From an uncultured Alphaproteobacteria bacterium (GTDB lineage: Bacteria; Pseudomonadota; Alphaproteobacteria; Methylaequorales; Methylaequoraceae): DNA of 64,000 nt. The stretch covers positions 134,054-198,053 of the forward strand of contig CACMJG010000003.1 of NCBI GenBank assembly GCA_902613995.1. The letters run 5' to 3'. The notes under the pieces were generated by a model. That model made no database searches. It worked only from the letters and a program-made list of their open reading frames with translations, and was not told the origin of the DNA. The position numbers were made by a program, and so were the translations under genes. Each line of letters starts with the position of its first letter. The stretch's first letter is position 1. Shown here one piece after another: positions 47,577 through 58,668 of this stretch.

Positions 47577-49310
47577 TTAAAAATGTTTAGTCTTTTTAAA
47601 CAGCCATGATTTTTCATTTTGCTTAAGATATTTTTTTAGTTTGTTGTATACATCTAAGTGATATCTATTAATCCATTTTTTTTGAACATCGGTTAATAGA
47701 TCTGAATCTATGAGGTTTTTTTCATAAGGATAAAGAGTTAAATTTTTGAATTCTAAAAATCCTCTGTATTTTGAAGGTATAATTAATAAAAGATTTTCTA
47801 TTCTTATTCCATAACAATCACTTTTGTAATATCCGGGTTCATTTGAAAGGACCATTCCTTCTTTCAGCTCGGATTTATTAAAATTTTTGGAAATTGATTG
47901 TGGTCCTTCATGCACTCCTAAAAAACTACCAACTCCGTGTCCAGTTCCATGACTGTAATCCAAACCATTTTGCCACAAACTATATCTAGCCAAACTATCT
48001 ATTTGATGTCCCCTTGTTCCTCTCGGAAATTTAATCATAGCAAGGTTTATGTGTCCTTTTAAAACTCTTGTATAATTTAAAATATACTCTTTTTTAGGTT
48101 TGCTACTTCCAATAAAAATTGTTCTAGTTACGTCAGTAGTAGCTCCTAAATATTGTGCTCCAGAATCACACAAAAACAACTGTCCTGAAATTAATCTTTT
48201 GTTATTTTGAATTGGATTATAGTGAATAACTGATGCATTCTTGCCAAAAGCTGAAATAGTCGGAAAACTTAAGGAAAAATAGTTTTTATTTTGTTTTCTA
48301 AAATCTTCAAGCTTTCTTGAAACATTTACCTCGTTTAGATCAGAAGATAATTTTGACTTTTCTAACCAATAAAAGAACTTTACAAGAGAAACACCATCTA
48401 AAATATGATAATTAATGGAATGTTTTATCTCAACTTCATTTTTTTTGCATCTTATATTAACGCATGGGTCTTCTATTATATCAGGTTTAAGTCCTGCTGA
48501 TTTCATCAGCTCGTAATAAAAATATGATGATGATGAATCGAGAGCAAGGCTTTTATTCTTAGGTAATTTCAAAATCTCAGATTCAAATTCTCCTAAAGAT
48601 AAAGTTTGAACTCCTTTTACTTTTGCTTTACATGGAAACTTATCTAAATCAGTAAATAGTTTAATGGTAGTTTTAGAAACAATTGCTCTGCAGAGAACAA
48701 TTGGGGTATGTTCTAAATCAAACCCCCTTAAATTCAGAAGCCAGCAAATTGATTCTGATGAAGTTAAAATTAAAAAATCGTAGTTAATTTTATAAAATAT
48801 CCTGTCCTTTTTAGATAATGTGTCTTCACCAGATATTTTTTTTTCTAAAAAAAAACAATATTTTTGACTCTTCTGAGCTTTTCTATCCCAAAGCTTATCT
48901 ATAATATTTTTTTTATCATGATAAATCTTTATAGAGTTTAACTCGGCTATCCTTTTTAATTCTTTTACAAATTTAATATTAAAGATTCTGTAGTCTATCA
49001 ACATTGTTTTATGTTTGATGTTTTTTTGCAAAAATGAGAAAAAGTTCTCACTTTGTAAGTCAATAATTTTAAATTTGGAATCTATTTCTTTTTTTGCTTG
49101 TAAAATATATCTTCCATCAGTAAAAAAGAATTTTTTTTTCTTGGATATTAGTGCAATTCCGTTCGAGCCAGAAAAGTTAGTAAGCCATTGTAATCTCTTG
49201 TTTTGATCTGGGGTGTATTCGAGTAAATTTTCATCGTATGTAGAAATGACGTAAAAATCAATTTTCTTCAAAGAAATTTCTTTTATTAATTTTTCTAAAT
49301 TATTTGTCAT
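47577..49310 (-). CDS. pepP: Xaa-Pro aminopeptidase, M24B family
   Basis: 577 aa. HGTGHGVGSFLGVHEGP and SNEPGYY metal-ligand blocks. Confidence 0.8.
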   Translation of the reverse strand: MTNNLEKLIKEISLKKIDFYVISTYDENLLEYTPDQNKRLQWLTNFSGSNGIALISKKKKFFFTDGRYILQAKKEIDSKFKIIDLQSENFFSFLQKNIKHKTMLIDYRIFNIKFVKELKRIAELNSIKIYHDKKNIIDKLWDRKAQKSQKYCFFLEKKISGEDTLSKKDRIFYKINYDFLILTSSESICWLLNLRGFDLEHTPIVLCRAIVSKTTIKLFTDLDKFPCKAKVKGVQTLSLGEFESEILKLPKNKSLALDSSSSYFYYELMKSAGLKPDIIEDPCVNIRCKKNEVEIKHSINYHILDGVSLVKFFYWLEKSKLSSDLNEVNVSRKLEDFRKQNKNYFSLSFPTISAFGKNASVIHYNPIQNNKRLISGQLFLCDSGAQYLGATTDVTRTIFIGSSKPKKEYILNYTRVLKGHINLAMIKFPRGTRGHQIDSLARYSLWQNGLDYSHGTGHGVGSFLGVHEGPQSISKNFNKSELKEGMVLSNEPGYYKSDCYGIRIENLLLIIPSKYRGFLEFKNLTLYPYEKNLIDSDLLTDVQKKWINRYHLDVYNKLKKYLKQNEKSWLFKKTKHF

Positions 49311-50167
49311 TTTAGTTTTCTTTTTTTCTCAAATATAAATCCAACCCATTTGAAACTATAAAATTTTTTTTTTAATTTAAAGTTAAATTTATTGAAAATT
49401 GATATTATTTCCATTTCTTGGTCAACGAGGATACCCGATATAACAATTTCACCATTATTTTTTAATTTATTATAGTATTGTTTTACAAGTTTTCTGTGAG
49501 TTATTAGTAATATATTTGCGACTATCAAATCATATCTTTTATTTCTTAGAAAAAAACCATCTAACCCATTTTGATAAAAAAACCTTACGTTATTCAAATG
49601 ATTAGTGCTAAGATTTTTTAAAAAAGTTTTTTTAATTTTATTATCATTGTCAATAGAATCAATTCTCTGCTTTGTAGTTTTATTTAATACAAATGATAAA
49701 ATACCAGAACCCGTTCCAACATCGCAAATTGAACTGTAATATTTTTTTTTAATTAAATATTCTATACAAATAATTGATAAAAAAGTTGATTCATGACTCC
49801 CTGTTCCGAATGCATTATTTGCCGGAATTATTAATTTGAACTTTCTGTTCGATATTTTCTTTGATAGACCCTGGCTTATGTAAAAGAATTCCGTTTGAGT
49901 GCCTTGATCGTCTTTAATATTTTGATGCAACCAATCTTTTTTTTTTATTGTAGTTAAAGTAAAGTTACCAAAATTTTTTTTTAGTCTTCCTGAAAAAAAG
50001 TTATTGATTTCTGAATTATTTAAAAGAAGTTCTACTTTTAAATAATTACCTTCTGGAAAAATTGATATATTCTTATATTTTGTAAAAATCCAAGCTATTA
50101 AACTTTCATGTTTTTTTGATTTAATTAAAAAGGTAACTTTTTTCAAAATATTATAATTTTGAAACAA
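49307..50167 (-). CDS. prmA: ribosomal protein L11 methyltransferase
   Basis: 286 aa. FGTGSHESTF and DVGTGSGILS SAM-binding motifs. Confidence 0.7.
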   Translation of the reverse strand: MFQNYNILKKVTFLIKSKKHESLIAWIFTKYKNISIFPEGNYLKVELLLNNSEINNFFSGRLKKNFGNFTLTTIKKKDWLHQNIKDDQGTQTEFFYISQGLSKKISNRKFKLIIPANNAFGTGSHESTFLSIICIEYLIKKKYYSSICDVGTGSGILSFVLNKTTKQRIDSIDNDNKIKKTFLKNLSTNHLNNVRFFYQNGLDGFFLRNKRYDLIVANILLITHRKLVKQYYNKLKNNGEIVISGILVDQEMEIISIFNKFNFKLKKKFYSFKWVGFIFEKKRKLK

Positions 50168-52286
50168 AATCTGAAAATACTTTTATTACTTCATCAGAAT
50201 TTTCAAAGCGTATTTGAAGTTTTTTATCCGATATTCCTAAGATTGTTCCAGAACCAAACTCTTTATGTTGGACTTTCTCTCCAACTTCAAAATCTGGATT
50301 TGAAAATTGCTCTAGTTTCATATTTTGTTTTTTAATATTTTCCACAACTTGAAAAACTTTGCAACTTTGTTCAGGAAGTTCTGATAAAAACCTAGAAGGT
50401 ATAGAACGATATACACTATAGTTGTATTGTTTTCTGTAATTTACATATGAAATATTTAATTCTTTTCTTGCCCTTGTTATGCCGACATAAGCTAAGCGTC
50501 TCTCCTCTTCAAGTCCTTTATTTCCATATTCATCAATATTTCTTTGATTAGGAAAGATTCCCTCCTCCCAACCTGGAAGAAAAACAAAATCAAACTCGAG
50601 GCCTTTTGCACTATGTAGTGTCATTAAAGAAACTTTTTCATTAAAATCACTATCATTTAAAGTGTCATTCAAAAGGCTGACTTCTTCAATAAATTCTTCT
50701 AGTGAGTTTCTATTCTTCAAATCTGTTATAAGTTTTTTTAAATTTTCTAGTCTTCCTTCAGATTCTGGTGTTTTTTCTTTTTGAAGCATCTCAGTGTAAC
50801 CGACGTCATCAAGCAGTGATCCGGCTACCTCGAAGTGTTTTGTACTTTTTAAAGCAGATGAATGTCTGTCAATAATAGAAATGAAATTTTGAATATTTTT
50901 TTTTTGTGAGGAATTTGATGTCCCTGATAAAATTAGAAGTTTCAAGGATTCATATAATGAGACATTTTTTTTTTGTACAATATCATAGAGGTTTTTAATT
51001 AAAGCTTTACCTAACCCTCGCTTTGGAGTGTTTAATATTCTTTCCAATGATAAATTGTCTGACTTATTTATTAATATTCTAAAGTAAGCCATTGCGTCTT
51101 TGATTTCTGCTCTTTCATAAAATCTAAGGCCACCAACAACTCTGTATTTTATATTTTCTTTCAAAAATCGATCTTCAATATCTTTAAACTGAAAACTTGC
51201 CCTAGTTAAAATTGCAATGTTAGTAAGGGATATACCTTTTTTTTTGAATTCTTTGATTTTTTGTGCAATGAAAATTGCCTCATAATCATCATCTTCGAAA
51301 TTTCTGATTAAAACCGGATCACCATCTTTATCTGTGGTCCAAAGTTTTTTACCTATCCTTTCTGTATTTTCAGAAATAATTGATGATGCAGTTTTAAGAA
51401 TATTACCTGTAGATCTATAATTCTGTTCCAGTCTTATAATATTTGAATTGTCAAAATCTCTTTCAAAATTTAGAATGTTTTTTAATTCTGCCCCTCTCCA
51501 TCCATAAATAGATTGATCCTCGTCTCCTACACAACACAAGTTTCTATTTAATTCTGTAAGTAATCTCAACATCATGTACTGTGCTGAATTTGTATCTTGA
51601 TACTCGTCTACTAAAGTGTATTTAAACTTTTTTTGATAAAATTCCAGGATTTGTCTATTTTCCTTAAATAATTTTATTGGTAGTAGTATTAGATCTCCAA
51701 AATCAACTGCATTATAATTGGAAAGTCTAGATTGATATGATTTGTAAATTTGTTTAAACTTACCTTTTGTTTCGATTTCGAATTCATGATTGTCAACATC
51801 CTCAGTTTCCAATCCAGCATTTTTAACTTGATCAATCATATATAAAAAATTTTTAGGAACGTAAACTTTTGGATCAAGATTTTCAAGAGAAATCACTTGC
51901 TTTACAAGTCTTAATTGGTCATCTTTGTCTAATATTGTGAAATCATTCTTTAAACCAACCAACTCCGAGTTTCTTCTTAAAAATCTTAGTCCTATAGAAT
52001 GAAATGTTCCAATAAACATCCCCTCAATTGGATGGCTGAGCATCTTTTCGACTCTTGTTTTCATTTCGTGTGCAGCCTTATTAGTAAATGTGACACAAAA
52101 AATTTCAGACATTTTTGCTTTCCTGTTATATATAATATTTGCTAACCTTGACGTTAAAACTTTTGTTTTCCCAGTTCCAGCACCCGAAAGAACAAGTAAT
52201 GGTCCTTCAGTATTTTGAACGGCTTGCTTTTGCTGCTCGTTAAGGCTGGAAAGAAAGTCTGGTTCTGGTAACTTTATTTTTTTCAT
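50151..52286 (-). CDS. uvrD: ATP-dependent DNA helicase, UvrD/Rep/PcrA family
   Basis: 711 aa. SGAGTGKT, VDEYQDTN, NYRS and LMTLHSAKGLEF helicase motifs. Confidence 0.9.
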   Translation of the reverse strand: MKKIKLPEPDFLSSLNEQQKQAVQNTEGPLLVLSGAGTGKTKVLTSRLANIIYNRKAKMSEIFCVTFTNKAAHEMKTRVEKMLSHPIEGMFIGTFHSIGLRFLRRNSELVGLKNDFTILDKDDQLRLVKQVISLENLDPKVYVPKNFLYMIDQVKNAGLETEDVDNHEFEIETKGKFKQIYKSYQSRLSNYNAVDFGDLILLPIKLFKENRQILEFYQKKFKYTLVDEYQDTNSAQYMMLRLLTELNRNLCCVGDEDQSIYGWRGAELKNILNFERDFDNSNIIRLEQNYRSTGNILKTASSIISENTERIGKKLWTTDKDGDPVLIRNFEDDDYEAIFIAQKIKEFKKKGISLTNIAILTRASFQFKDIEDRFLKENIKYRVVGGLRFYERAEIKDAMAYFRILINKSDNLSLERILNTPKRGLGKALIKNLYDIVQKKNVSLYESLKLLILSGTSNSSQKKNIQNFISIIDRHSSALKSTKHFEVAGSLLDDVGYTEMLQKEKTPESEGRLENLKKLITDLKNRNSLEEFIEEVSLLNDTLNDSDFNEKVSLMTLHSAKGLEFDFVFLPGWEEGIFPNQRNIDEYGNKGLEEERRLAYVGITRARKELNISYVNYRKQYNYSVYRSIPSRFLSELPEQSCKVFQVVENIKKQNMKLEQFSNPDFEVGEKVQHKEFGSGTILGISDKKLQIRFENSDEVIKVFSDFVSKL

Positions 52287-52298
52287 AAGGTAAAAAGA

Positions 52299-54941
52299 TT
52301 AATCCTCTGAGTTAGGAGCATATCCTAGATTTGAACCCAACCACTTTTCAGCATCACTTAAACTGATTTTTTTTCTTTTTGCGTAGTCTTCTACTTGGTC
52401 TTTGAAAATTTTACCAACACCAAAATAACTTGCTTGTGGGTTTCCAAAATACAATCCAGAAACTGAACTAGCAGGTGTCATTGCAAAGCTCTCAGTCAAT
52501 TTTACTTTTAAATTACTTGATACGTCTAACAGTTCAAATAAGGTCTTCTTTTCAGTGTGATCAGGACATGCAGGATAACCTGGTGCAGGTCTAATTCCTT
52601 CAAACTTTTCTTGAATTAATTCTTTGTTAGTTAAATCTTCTTTTTGTGCGTAACCCCACAAATTTGTTCTTACATCTTTGTGCAACATTTCTGCAAATGC
52701 TTCAGCAATTCTATCACCAATTGATTTAACTAAAATTGAGTTATAATCATCATTTTTCTTTTCAAATTTTGAAGCTAAAGTTTCAATGCCGTTTCCGGCT
52801 GTGACTAAAAAACCTCCAATAAAGTCATTTTTAGTTCCAACTGGTGCAACGAAATCTGCGAGACAGAAATTAGCTCTTTTTGAATTTTTTCTACTTACCT
52901 GTTGTCGTAAAAAAAATAATTTTGTTTTTACTTTCTCTCTTCTTTCAGAATCAAATAAAAGAATATCATCACCATCTGAATTAGCTGGCCAAAAACCAAA
53001 AACACATTTAGGTTTCGTTATTTTTTCTTTAATTAACATTTCAATCATTTTATTTGCATCACCCCATAGATCTCGAGCTGCTTTTCCAACAATCTTATCA
53101 TCTAGAATATCAGGAAAATTTCCATAAAGTTCCCAAGCTTCAAAAAAAGGTTTCCAGTCTGCAAATTTCATTATTTGTTCGATAGAAACGTCTTCTCGAG
53201 TTTGCACACCAATTTTCTTTGGCTTAACTGGTTCGTAATTATCCCATTGAAAATTAAATTTATTTTTTCTACATTCTTCAATATTGTTATCATTTATCTT
53301 GTCTTTTTTAAAATAACCAGAACGAATAACTGAATATTCCTTTTTTAATGACTCAACAAATGGTCTGCATTTACTTTTAGAAATCATATTTGTTGCTACT
53401 GAAACTGCTTTTGAAGCGTCATTAACGTGACATACGCCAAAATTGTACAAAGGATCTATTTTTATGGCGGTGTGAATTTTACTCGTAGTAGCCCCACCTA
53501 TTAATAAAGGTTTATTAATTTTATTTCTCTCTAATTCACTAGCAACAAAGCACATTTCGTCTAAACTTGGGGTTATGAGACCTGATAATCCAATTAAATC
53601 AACATTCTCCTCTATTGCAGTTTCAACAATCTTACTAGCTGGAACCATAACTCCTAAATCAATAATTTCGAAATTATTACATTGTAATACTACACCAACT
53701 ATATTTTTCCCAATGTCATGAACGTCGCCTTTTACAGTTGCCAAAAGTATTTTACCTTTGCAGCTTTTTTTTGATGTATTATCTTTATCCATGAATGGAA
53801 GTAAGTAAGCTACCGACTGTTTCATTACTCTCGCAGATTTCACAACTTGCGGTAAAAACATTTTTCCGGATCCAAATAAATCACCAACAACATTCATTCC
53901 ATCCATGAGTGGGCCTTCTATGATTTCTAATGGTTTATTATATTGTTGTCTTAATTTTTCAGTGTCCTCTTCTATAAACTCGTTGATGCCATTAACTAGT
54001 GCATATTCTATCTTTTTTTCTAATTTTTTAGTTCTCCATTTTTTGTCAATTTTTTTTCTCTCTACACTACCCGAATATTTTTTTGAGATTTCAATTAAAT
54101 TTTCAGTTGCATCAGGATGTTTATTGAACAACACATCTTCTATACACTTCTTAAGGTCTTTAGGAATTTGTTCGTAGATTGTAATTTGCCCGGCGTTAAC
54201 GATTGCCATATCTAGTCCATATTTTATTGCGTGATAAAGAAAACAAGAGTGCATCGCCTCTCTAACCTGATTATTTCCTCTAAAACTAAAAGAAACATTA
54301 GAAAGTCCACCAGATACCTTGGCTAATGGTAAATTGTTTTTTATAAGTTTCGTTGCTTCAAAGAAATCTAATGCATAATTATTGTGTTCTTCAATTCCAG
54401 TGGCAACAGCAAATATATTGGGATCAAATATAATATCTTGAGGAGGAAAATCTAATTTCTGAGTCAAGATTTGATAAGCTCTTTTTGAAATTTGATATTT
54501 TCTTTCTTTGTTATCGGCTTGACCATCTTCATCAAATGCCATAACAACAACAGCAGCTCCATAAGTTTTGATTTTCTCAGCTTGTTCAATAAAGATATCT
54601 TCGCCTTCCTTTAAACTTATTGAATTGACAATAGGTTTTCCCTGAATACATTTCAAACCGGCTTCTATAACTGACCATTTTGATGAATCTACCATAAATG
54701 GAACCTTTGCTATTTCAGGTTCAACGGAAATTTGATTCAAAAACTTTACCATAGCTTGCTCTGAATCCAATAAACCCTCGTCCATATTTATATCAATGAT
54801 TTGAGCGCCGTTCTCAATTTGTTCTTTTGCAACTTCAATAGCTTGATGAAAATTATTTGATAGAATCAGTTTTTTAAACTTTGCTGAACCAGTAACATTT
54901 GTTCTTTCGCCTATATTAATAAATGTCGGGTTGGAGCTCAT
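52299..54941 (-). CDS. metH: methionine synthase, C-terminal polypeptide (pterin-binding, cobalamin-binding and AdoMet-activation domains)
   Basis: 880 aa. Starts [18 protein letters not shown]...[14 protein letters not shown]12 motif GDVHDIGKN. Activation-domain block [12 protein letters not shown]. Confidence 0.9.
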   Translation of the reverse strand: MSSNPTFINIGERTNVTGSAKFKKLILSNNFHQAIEVAKEQIENGAQIIDINMDEGLLDSEQAMVKFLNQISVEPEIAKVPFMVDSSKWSVIEAGLKCIQGKPIVNSISLKEGEDIFIEQAEKIKTYGAAVVVMAFDEDGQADNKERKYQISKRAYQILTQKLDFPPQDIIFDPNIFAVATGIEEHNNYALDFFEATKLIKNNLPLAKVSGGLSNVSFSFRGNNQVREAMHSCFLYHAIKYGLDMAIVNAGQITIYEQIPKDLKKCIEDVLFNKHPDATENLIEISKKYSGSVERKKIDKKWRTKKLEKKIEYALVNGINEFIEEDTEKLRQQYNKPLEIIEGPLMDGMNVVGDLFGSGKMFLPQVVKSARVMKQSVAYLLPFMDKDNTSKKSCKGKILLATVKGDVHDIGKNIVGVVLQCNNFEIIDLGVMVPASKIVETAIEENVDLIGLSGLITPSLDEMCFVASELERNKINKPLLIGGATTSKIHTAIKIDPLYNFGVCHVNDASKAVSVATNMISKSKCRPFVESLKKEYSVIRSGYFKKDKINDNNIEECRKNKFNFQWDNYEPVKPKKIGVQTREDVSIEQIMKFADWKPFFEAWELYGNFPDILDDKIVGKAARDLWGDANKMIEMLIKEKITKPKCVFGFWPANSDGDDILLFDSERREKVKTKLFFLRQQVSRKNSKRANFCLADFVAPVGTKNDFIGGFLVTAGNGIETLASKFEKKNDDYNSILVKSIGDRIAEAFAEMLHKDVRTNLWGYAQKEDLTNKELIQEKFEGIRPAPGYPACPDHTEKKTLFELLDVSSNLKVKLTESFAMTPASSVSGLYFGNPQASYFGVGKIFKDQVEDYAKRKKISLSDAEKWLGSNLGYAPNSED

Positions 54942-54943
54942 TT

Positions 54944-55993
54944 TTATAAATTAAAAGCTTCTAAACCCGATAGGCGGAGATTGTCAGATTTTTTTTTTAA
55001 TACCCTAGGTTTTTTGTTCATTACGACTTTACTCATTAATTTTATATGTTCAGGAGTTGTTCCACAACAACCACCAATAATATTTATATAGTTACTATCG
55101 CTCCATTCTTTAGCAAATTTTGCAATGGAATCAGGTGTTTCGTCATATCCTCCAAAAGCGTTTGGCAAACCAGCATTAGGATGAATACTTGTATATACCT
55201 CTGAAATCCTATTAAGTTCAATTAGATAAGGTTCTAATTCTTTTGGTCCAAGAGCACAATTCAATCCTACACTTAATGGATTAGAATGGATTATTGAATT
55301 ATAGAAACCTTCAACCGTTTGTCCTGACAGTGTTCTTCCGGATAAATCGGTTATAGTCGCAGAAATCATGATGGGAATTTGAATGTTATTTGATTGTTCA
55401 ACATTTTTTATAGCTGAAAGTGCAGCTTTTGAATTTAGAGTATCAAAAACTGTCTCAACTAAAATTATATCTACCTTTGCTTTAACCAATGCACTAATGC
55501 AATTCTTATAATCATGAAATAAATTATCAAAATTTATATTCCTGAATCCTGGATCATTTACATCTGGAGACATAGAACAAGTTCTGTTTGTAGGTCCTAA
55601 AACACCTGCAACAAATTTATGTTCATTTGGATTATTTTCAAGAAAATCATCAACAGCTTTTCTAGCCAATTTCCCGCCCTGAAAGTTTAATTCATAAGCT
55701 AGATCTTGACATTTGTAATCTTCCTGAGAGATTCCTGTTGAATTAAAAGTATTTGTTTCAATAATGTCTGCTCCAGCATCAAGATACAACTTGTGAATAT
55801 CATAAATCAATTCAGGCTTGGTCAAATTTAATATGTCGTTGTTTCCAAAAAGATTAACATCATGATTTTTTAATCTTTCAGCTCTAAAATCTTTTTCTTT
55901 TAATTCTTCATTCTGAATCATTGTACCTATTGCACCATCAAGAATTAAGATTTTTTTATCTAAAACATTGATAATTTCCTTACTACTTTTCAT
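54944..55993 (-). CDS. metH: methionine synthase, N-terminal polypeptide (homocysteine S-methyltransferase domain)
   Basis: 349 aa. [21 protein letters not shown] and zinc-ligand blocks LNCALGP and [11 protein letters not shown]. Its stop is 2 nt before the ATG of the 880-aa ORF, in a different frame. Confidence 0.9.
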   Translation of the reverse strand: MKSSKEIINVLDKKILILDGAIGTMIQNEELKEKDFRAERLKNHDVNLFGNNDILNLTKPELIYDIHKLYLDAGADIIETNTFNSTGISQEDYKCQDLAYELNFQGGKLARKAVDDFLENNPNEHKFVAGVLGPTNRTCSMSPDVNDPGFRNINFDNLFHDYKNCISALVKAKVDIILVETVFDTLNSKAALSAIKNVEQSNNIQIPIMISATITDLSGRTLSGQTVEGFYNSIIHSNPLSVGLNCALGPKELEPYLIELNRISEVYTSIHPNAGLPNAFGGYDETPDSIAKFAKEWSDSNYINIIGGCCGTTPEHIKLMSKVVMNKKPRVLKKKSDNLRLSGLEAFNL

Positions 55994-56868
55994 TAATTTT
56001 CATCCTTAAGAGTTCTGATACCCAAAATATGACATATAGCAAATGACAGATCAGCTCTATTCAATGTGTAAAAATGAAAATCTTCTACTTTTCCATCAAG
56101 AAGTTTTCTGCATTGTTCATATACAATTGTAGTTGCAACTAGTTTTCTTGTTTGAGGATCAGAATCAAGACCAACAAACATTTCCAATAACGATTTTGGC
56201 ATTTTACAATTCATTTTTTTTGCAAATTCCATTGTTCTTTTACAATTAGTCACAGGTAATATACCAGGAATAATTGGAATTTTTATTCCTCTTTTTATAG
56301 CTCCATCAACAAAATCAAAATAACTATTGACATCAAAAAAGAATTGAGTGATTGCTTTTGAAGCCCCCAAATCAATCTTTTTTTTTAAAACATCATACTC
56401 TTGGTTTATAGATGAAGAATCCGGATGCATCTCAGGGTACGCTGAAACTGTAATTTCAAAATCAAATTTTTTTTTCAGTACTTCTATTAAATCGGTTGCA
56501 TAGGTAAAATCGCTAAATTTATTTTTGGTTTTATTATCTCTTTCGTCTCCTCTTAGAGCAACAATATGTTTAATTCCAAAGTTCCAATAGTCTTCTGCTA
56601 TGCTTTCAATTTCGGATTTTGAAGTCCCTATACATGTCAAATGAGCAGCAGGAGTTAGTGAAGTCTTCTGTTTAATTTCTTTTACTAAGCTATGAGTATT
56701 ATTTCTAATGGAACCTCCTGCACCGTATGTAACAGAAATAAACTTTGGATCTAAGGGCTCCAATCTTTTTATATTAACCCACAAAGACTCTATTGATTCT
56801 TTGTTTTTTGGGGGGAAAAATTCAAAGGATACGTTTATATTTTTTTTTAATATTGAATCAGAAATCAT
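55993..56868 (-). CDS. metF: 5,10-methylenetetrahydrofolate reductase
   Basis: 291 aa. SFEFFPPK, VTYGAGGS and HLTC blocks. Confidence 0.9.
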   Translation of the reverse strand: MISDSILKKNINVSFEFFPPKNKESIESLWVNIKRLEPLDPKFISVTYGAGGSIRNNTHSLVKEIKQKTSLTPAAHLTCIGTSKSEIESIAEDYWNFGIKHIVALRGDERDNKTKNKFSDFTYATDLIEVLKKKFDFEITVSAYPEMHPDSSSINQEYDVLKKKIDLGASKAITQFFFDVNSYFDFVDGAIKRGIKIPIIPGILPVTNCKRTMEFAKKMNCKMPKSLLEMFVGLDSDPQTRKLVATTIVYEQCRKLLDGKVEDFHFYTLNRADLSFAICHILGIRTLKDEN

Positions 56869-56961
56869 TATAATAATGTAAAGATTAAAAAATTTTATTT
56901 TTATGTTTTTTAGTTTATTTTTTTAATATAAAATGATTTAAATTAATAGAAAATAATTAAA

Positions 56962-57915
56962 GTGCAACATATGGTAGAATTTATTTCAAAATATAACAAG
57001 ATTTTGTTGATCTTCGCAATTTCAGCGTTTATTTCTCTTGATGTCAATGATGCAGAGGCTGCAGAGAACGTCAACGACCCATTTGAGAGTGTAAACAGGA
57101 ATATTTTTAAATTTAACAATAACTTGGACGACTATTTTTTTAAACCTGTGGCTAAAGGCTGGAGAAAGATCCCTGACATACCCAGAAAACCACTTACCAA
57201 TTTAGCAACCACAGCCAAAACTCCGATTAGCTTAGCCAATGCTGTACTCCAACTAAATAAACAAAGTATTGGGAATATTATCGGAAGATTCTTAATAAAT
57301 ATGACTTTTGGTCTTGGAGGGTTGTTTGATGTAGCTAGTACTGATGCTTTTGGGAACATAACAGAAGTAGAAGAAGATTTTGGTCAAACATTGGCAGTGT
57401 GGGGGGTTCCTGATGGTCCATATGTAATGCTCCCAATTTTTGGACCTTCAAGCGTCAGAGACGCTTTTGGACTCGGAGTTGATACAATAACCAATCCTCT
57501 TTCTTTTGGATACAGAATGAATGGAATTGGATTAGAAGCACGCTTATCAGGTCCAGTTGTGAGGGGTGTATCAACAAGAGAAAAATACCTTGATTATCTT
57601 GATGAGATGAAAGAGGGTTCTTTGGATTTTTACGCTACAATGAGGAGTCTATATAGACAAAAAAGAAGAAAGGATATTTCAGGAGAGCTTGAGAGCAAAG
57701 ATCTTTCTCTAAGCATGCTTCCAATTGAAACGTATGAAGACGAAGAATTAGAATCTGATGTCGAATTAGAATCTGATGTCAAAAATATTGTTACTACAAT
57801 GAAAGATGATGATGATTCTGAAACAAAATCAGAAATGACCAGATATTATAATGGAGTCCTTCCATCATCAAATTATCCTGCCTTCAATGAATCGAGAGTA
57901 AATTTGATTGAGTAA
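56962..57915 (+). CDS. mlaA: phospholipid-transport lipoprotein MlaA (VacJ family) with an acidic C-terminal extension
   Basis: 317 aa. DPFESVNRNIFKFNNNLDDYFFKPVAKGW and FGPSSVRD. GTG start in the track; an ATG at 56971 is also possible. Confidence 0.85.
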   Translation: MQHMVEFISKYNKILLIFAISAFISLDVNDAEAAENVNDPFESVNRNIFKFNNNLDDYFFKPVAKGWRKIPDIPRKPLTNLATTAKTPISLANAVLQLNKQSIGNIIGRFLINMTFGLGGLFDVASTDAFGNITEVEEDFGQTLAVWGVPDGPYVMLPIFGPSSVRDAFGLGVDTITNPLSFGYRMNGIGLEARLSGPVVRGVSTREKYLDYLDEMKEGSLDFYATMRSLYRQKRRKDISGELESKDLSLSMLPIETYEDEELESDVELESDVKNIVTTMKDDDDSETKSEMTRYYNGVLPSSNYPAFNESRVNLIE

Positions 57916-57918
57916 CTT

Positions 57919-58512
57919 ATGAGTTATTTTAGAAACTTTTTAATTCTCGCTCTTATTTTTATCCCGATCCATTCCTTTTCAGACGAAAAGATAGAACAAA
58001 GCAAATATTTTGTTGAAAATTTAGGAAAACAGGTAGTTGAAAAAGTTTCAAATATTAACTTAACTGAAAGTGAGAGAATCGTTAATTTTAGGAATCTTTA
58101 TTTAGATGCATTTGATAACTATTATATTTCTCGTTTTGTTTTGGGTCGGTATTGGAAAAGATTAGATAGTAAAATGAGAAAACAGTTTGTTGAGAGTTTT
58201 AATGATTATATAGTAACTACTTACGCTCCAAAATTTAAAGGGTGGGAGGGAACCTTTAAGGCCACTGATTCATTATTAGAAAACAATTATTATAATGTAA
58301 AAATGAATGTTTTAAATAAAGATGGTCCTACCCTTAAATTTATGTGGAAGATATATTTAGATAAAAATAAAAATTTTAAAATTCTGGACGTCAACATAGA
58401 TGGCGTGAGTATGTTAGTTACTCAAAGAGCAGAATTCATGTCTGTTATCAAAAACAACCCTAAAGGTGTTATTGGGTTGATAGAAGCAATGGAGAAAAAA
58501 ACTTCAGGATAA
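57919..58512 (+). CDS. mlaC: phospholipid-binding periplasmic protein MlaC (Ttg2D family)
   Basis: 197 aa with a signal peptide. ISRFVLGRYWKRL motif. Directly downstream of mlaA. Confidence 0.8.
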   Translation: MSYFRNFLILALIFIPIHSFSDEKIEQSKYFVENLGKQVVEKVSNINLTESERIVNFRNLYLDAFDNYYISRFVLGRYWKRLDSKMRKQFVESFNDYIVTTYAPKFKGWEGTFKATDSLLENNYYNVKMNVLNKDGPTLKFMWKIYLDKNKNFKILDVNIDGVSMLVTQRAEFMSVIKNNPKGVIGLIEAMEKKTSG

Positions 58513-58557
58513 ATATAATTCGTATATATCTGAATTTAATAACAATATTTATTTATT

Positions 58558-58634
58558 TGGTAGGCCCGGAGGGACTTGAACCCCCGACAACACCGTTATG
58601 AGCGGTGCGTTCTAACCAACTGAACTACGGGCCT
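58558..58634 (-). tRNA. tRNA with CAT anticodon (elongator Met or lysidine-modified Ile2), CCA encoded
   Basis: The minus strand reads AGGCCCG-TA-GTTC-AGTTGGTTA-GAAC-G-CACCG-CTCATAA-CGGTG-TTGTC-GGGGG-TTCAAGT-CCCTC-CGGGCCT-A-CCA. This is a 77-nt clean cloverleaf. Confidence 0.9.
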
Positions 58635-58668
58635 ATAATAAATTACTATTATGATATTACTTGACTTT

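Noticed and set aside
56869-56961. Checked the metF-metH leader for a SAM, SAH or B12 riboswitch.
   Set aside because: The 93-nt spacer is almost pure A/T, with no GC-containing helices or conserved riboswitch cores visible.
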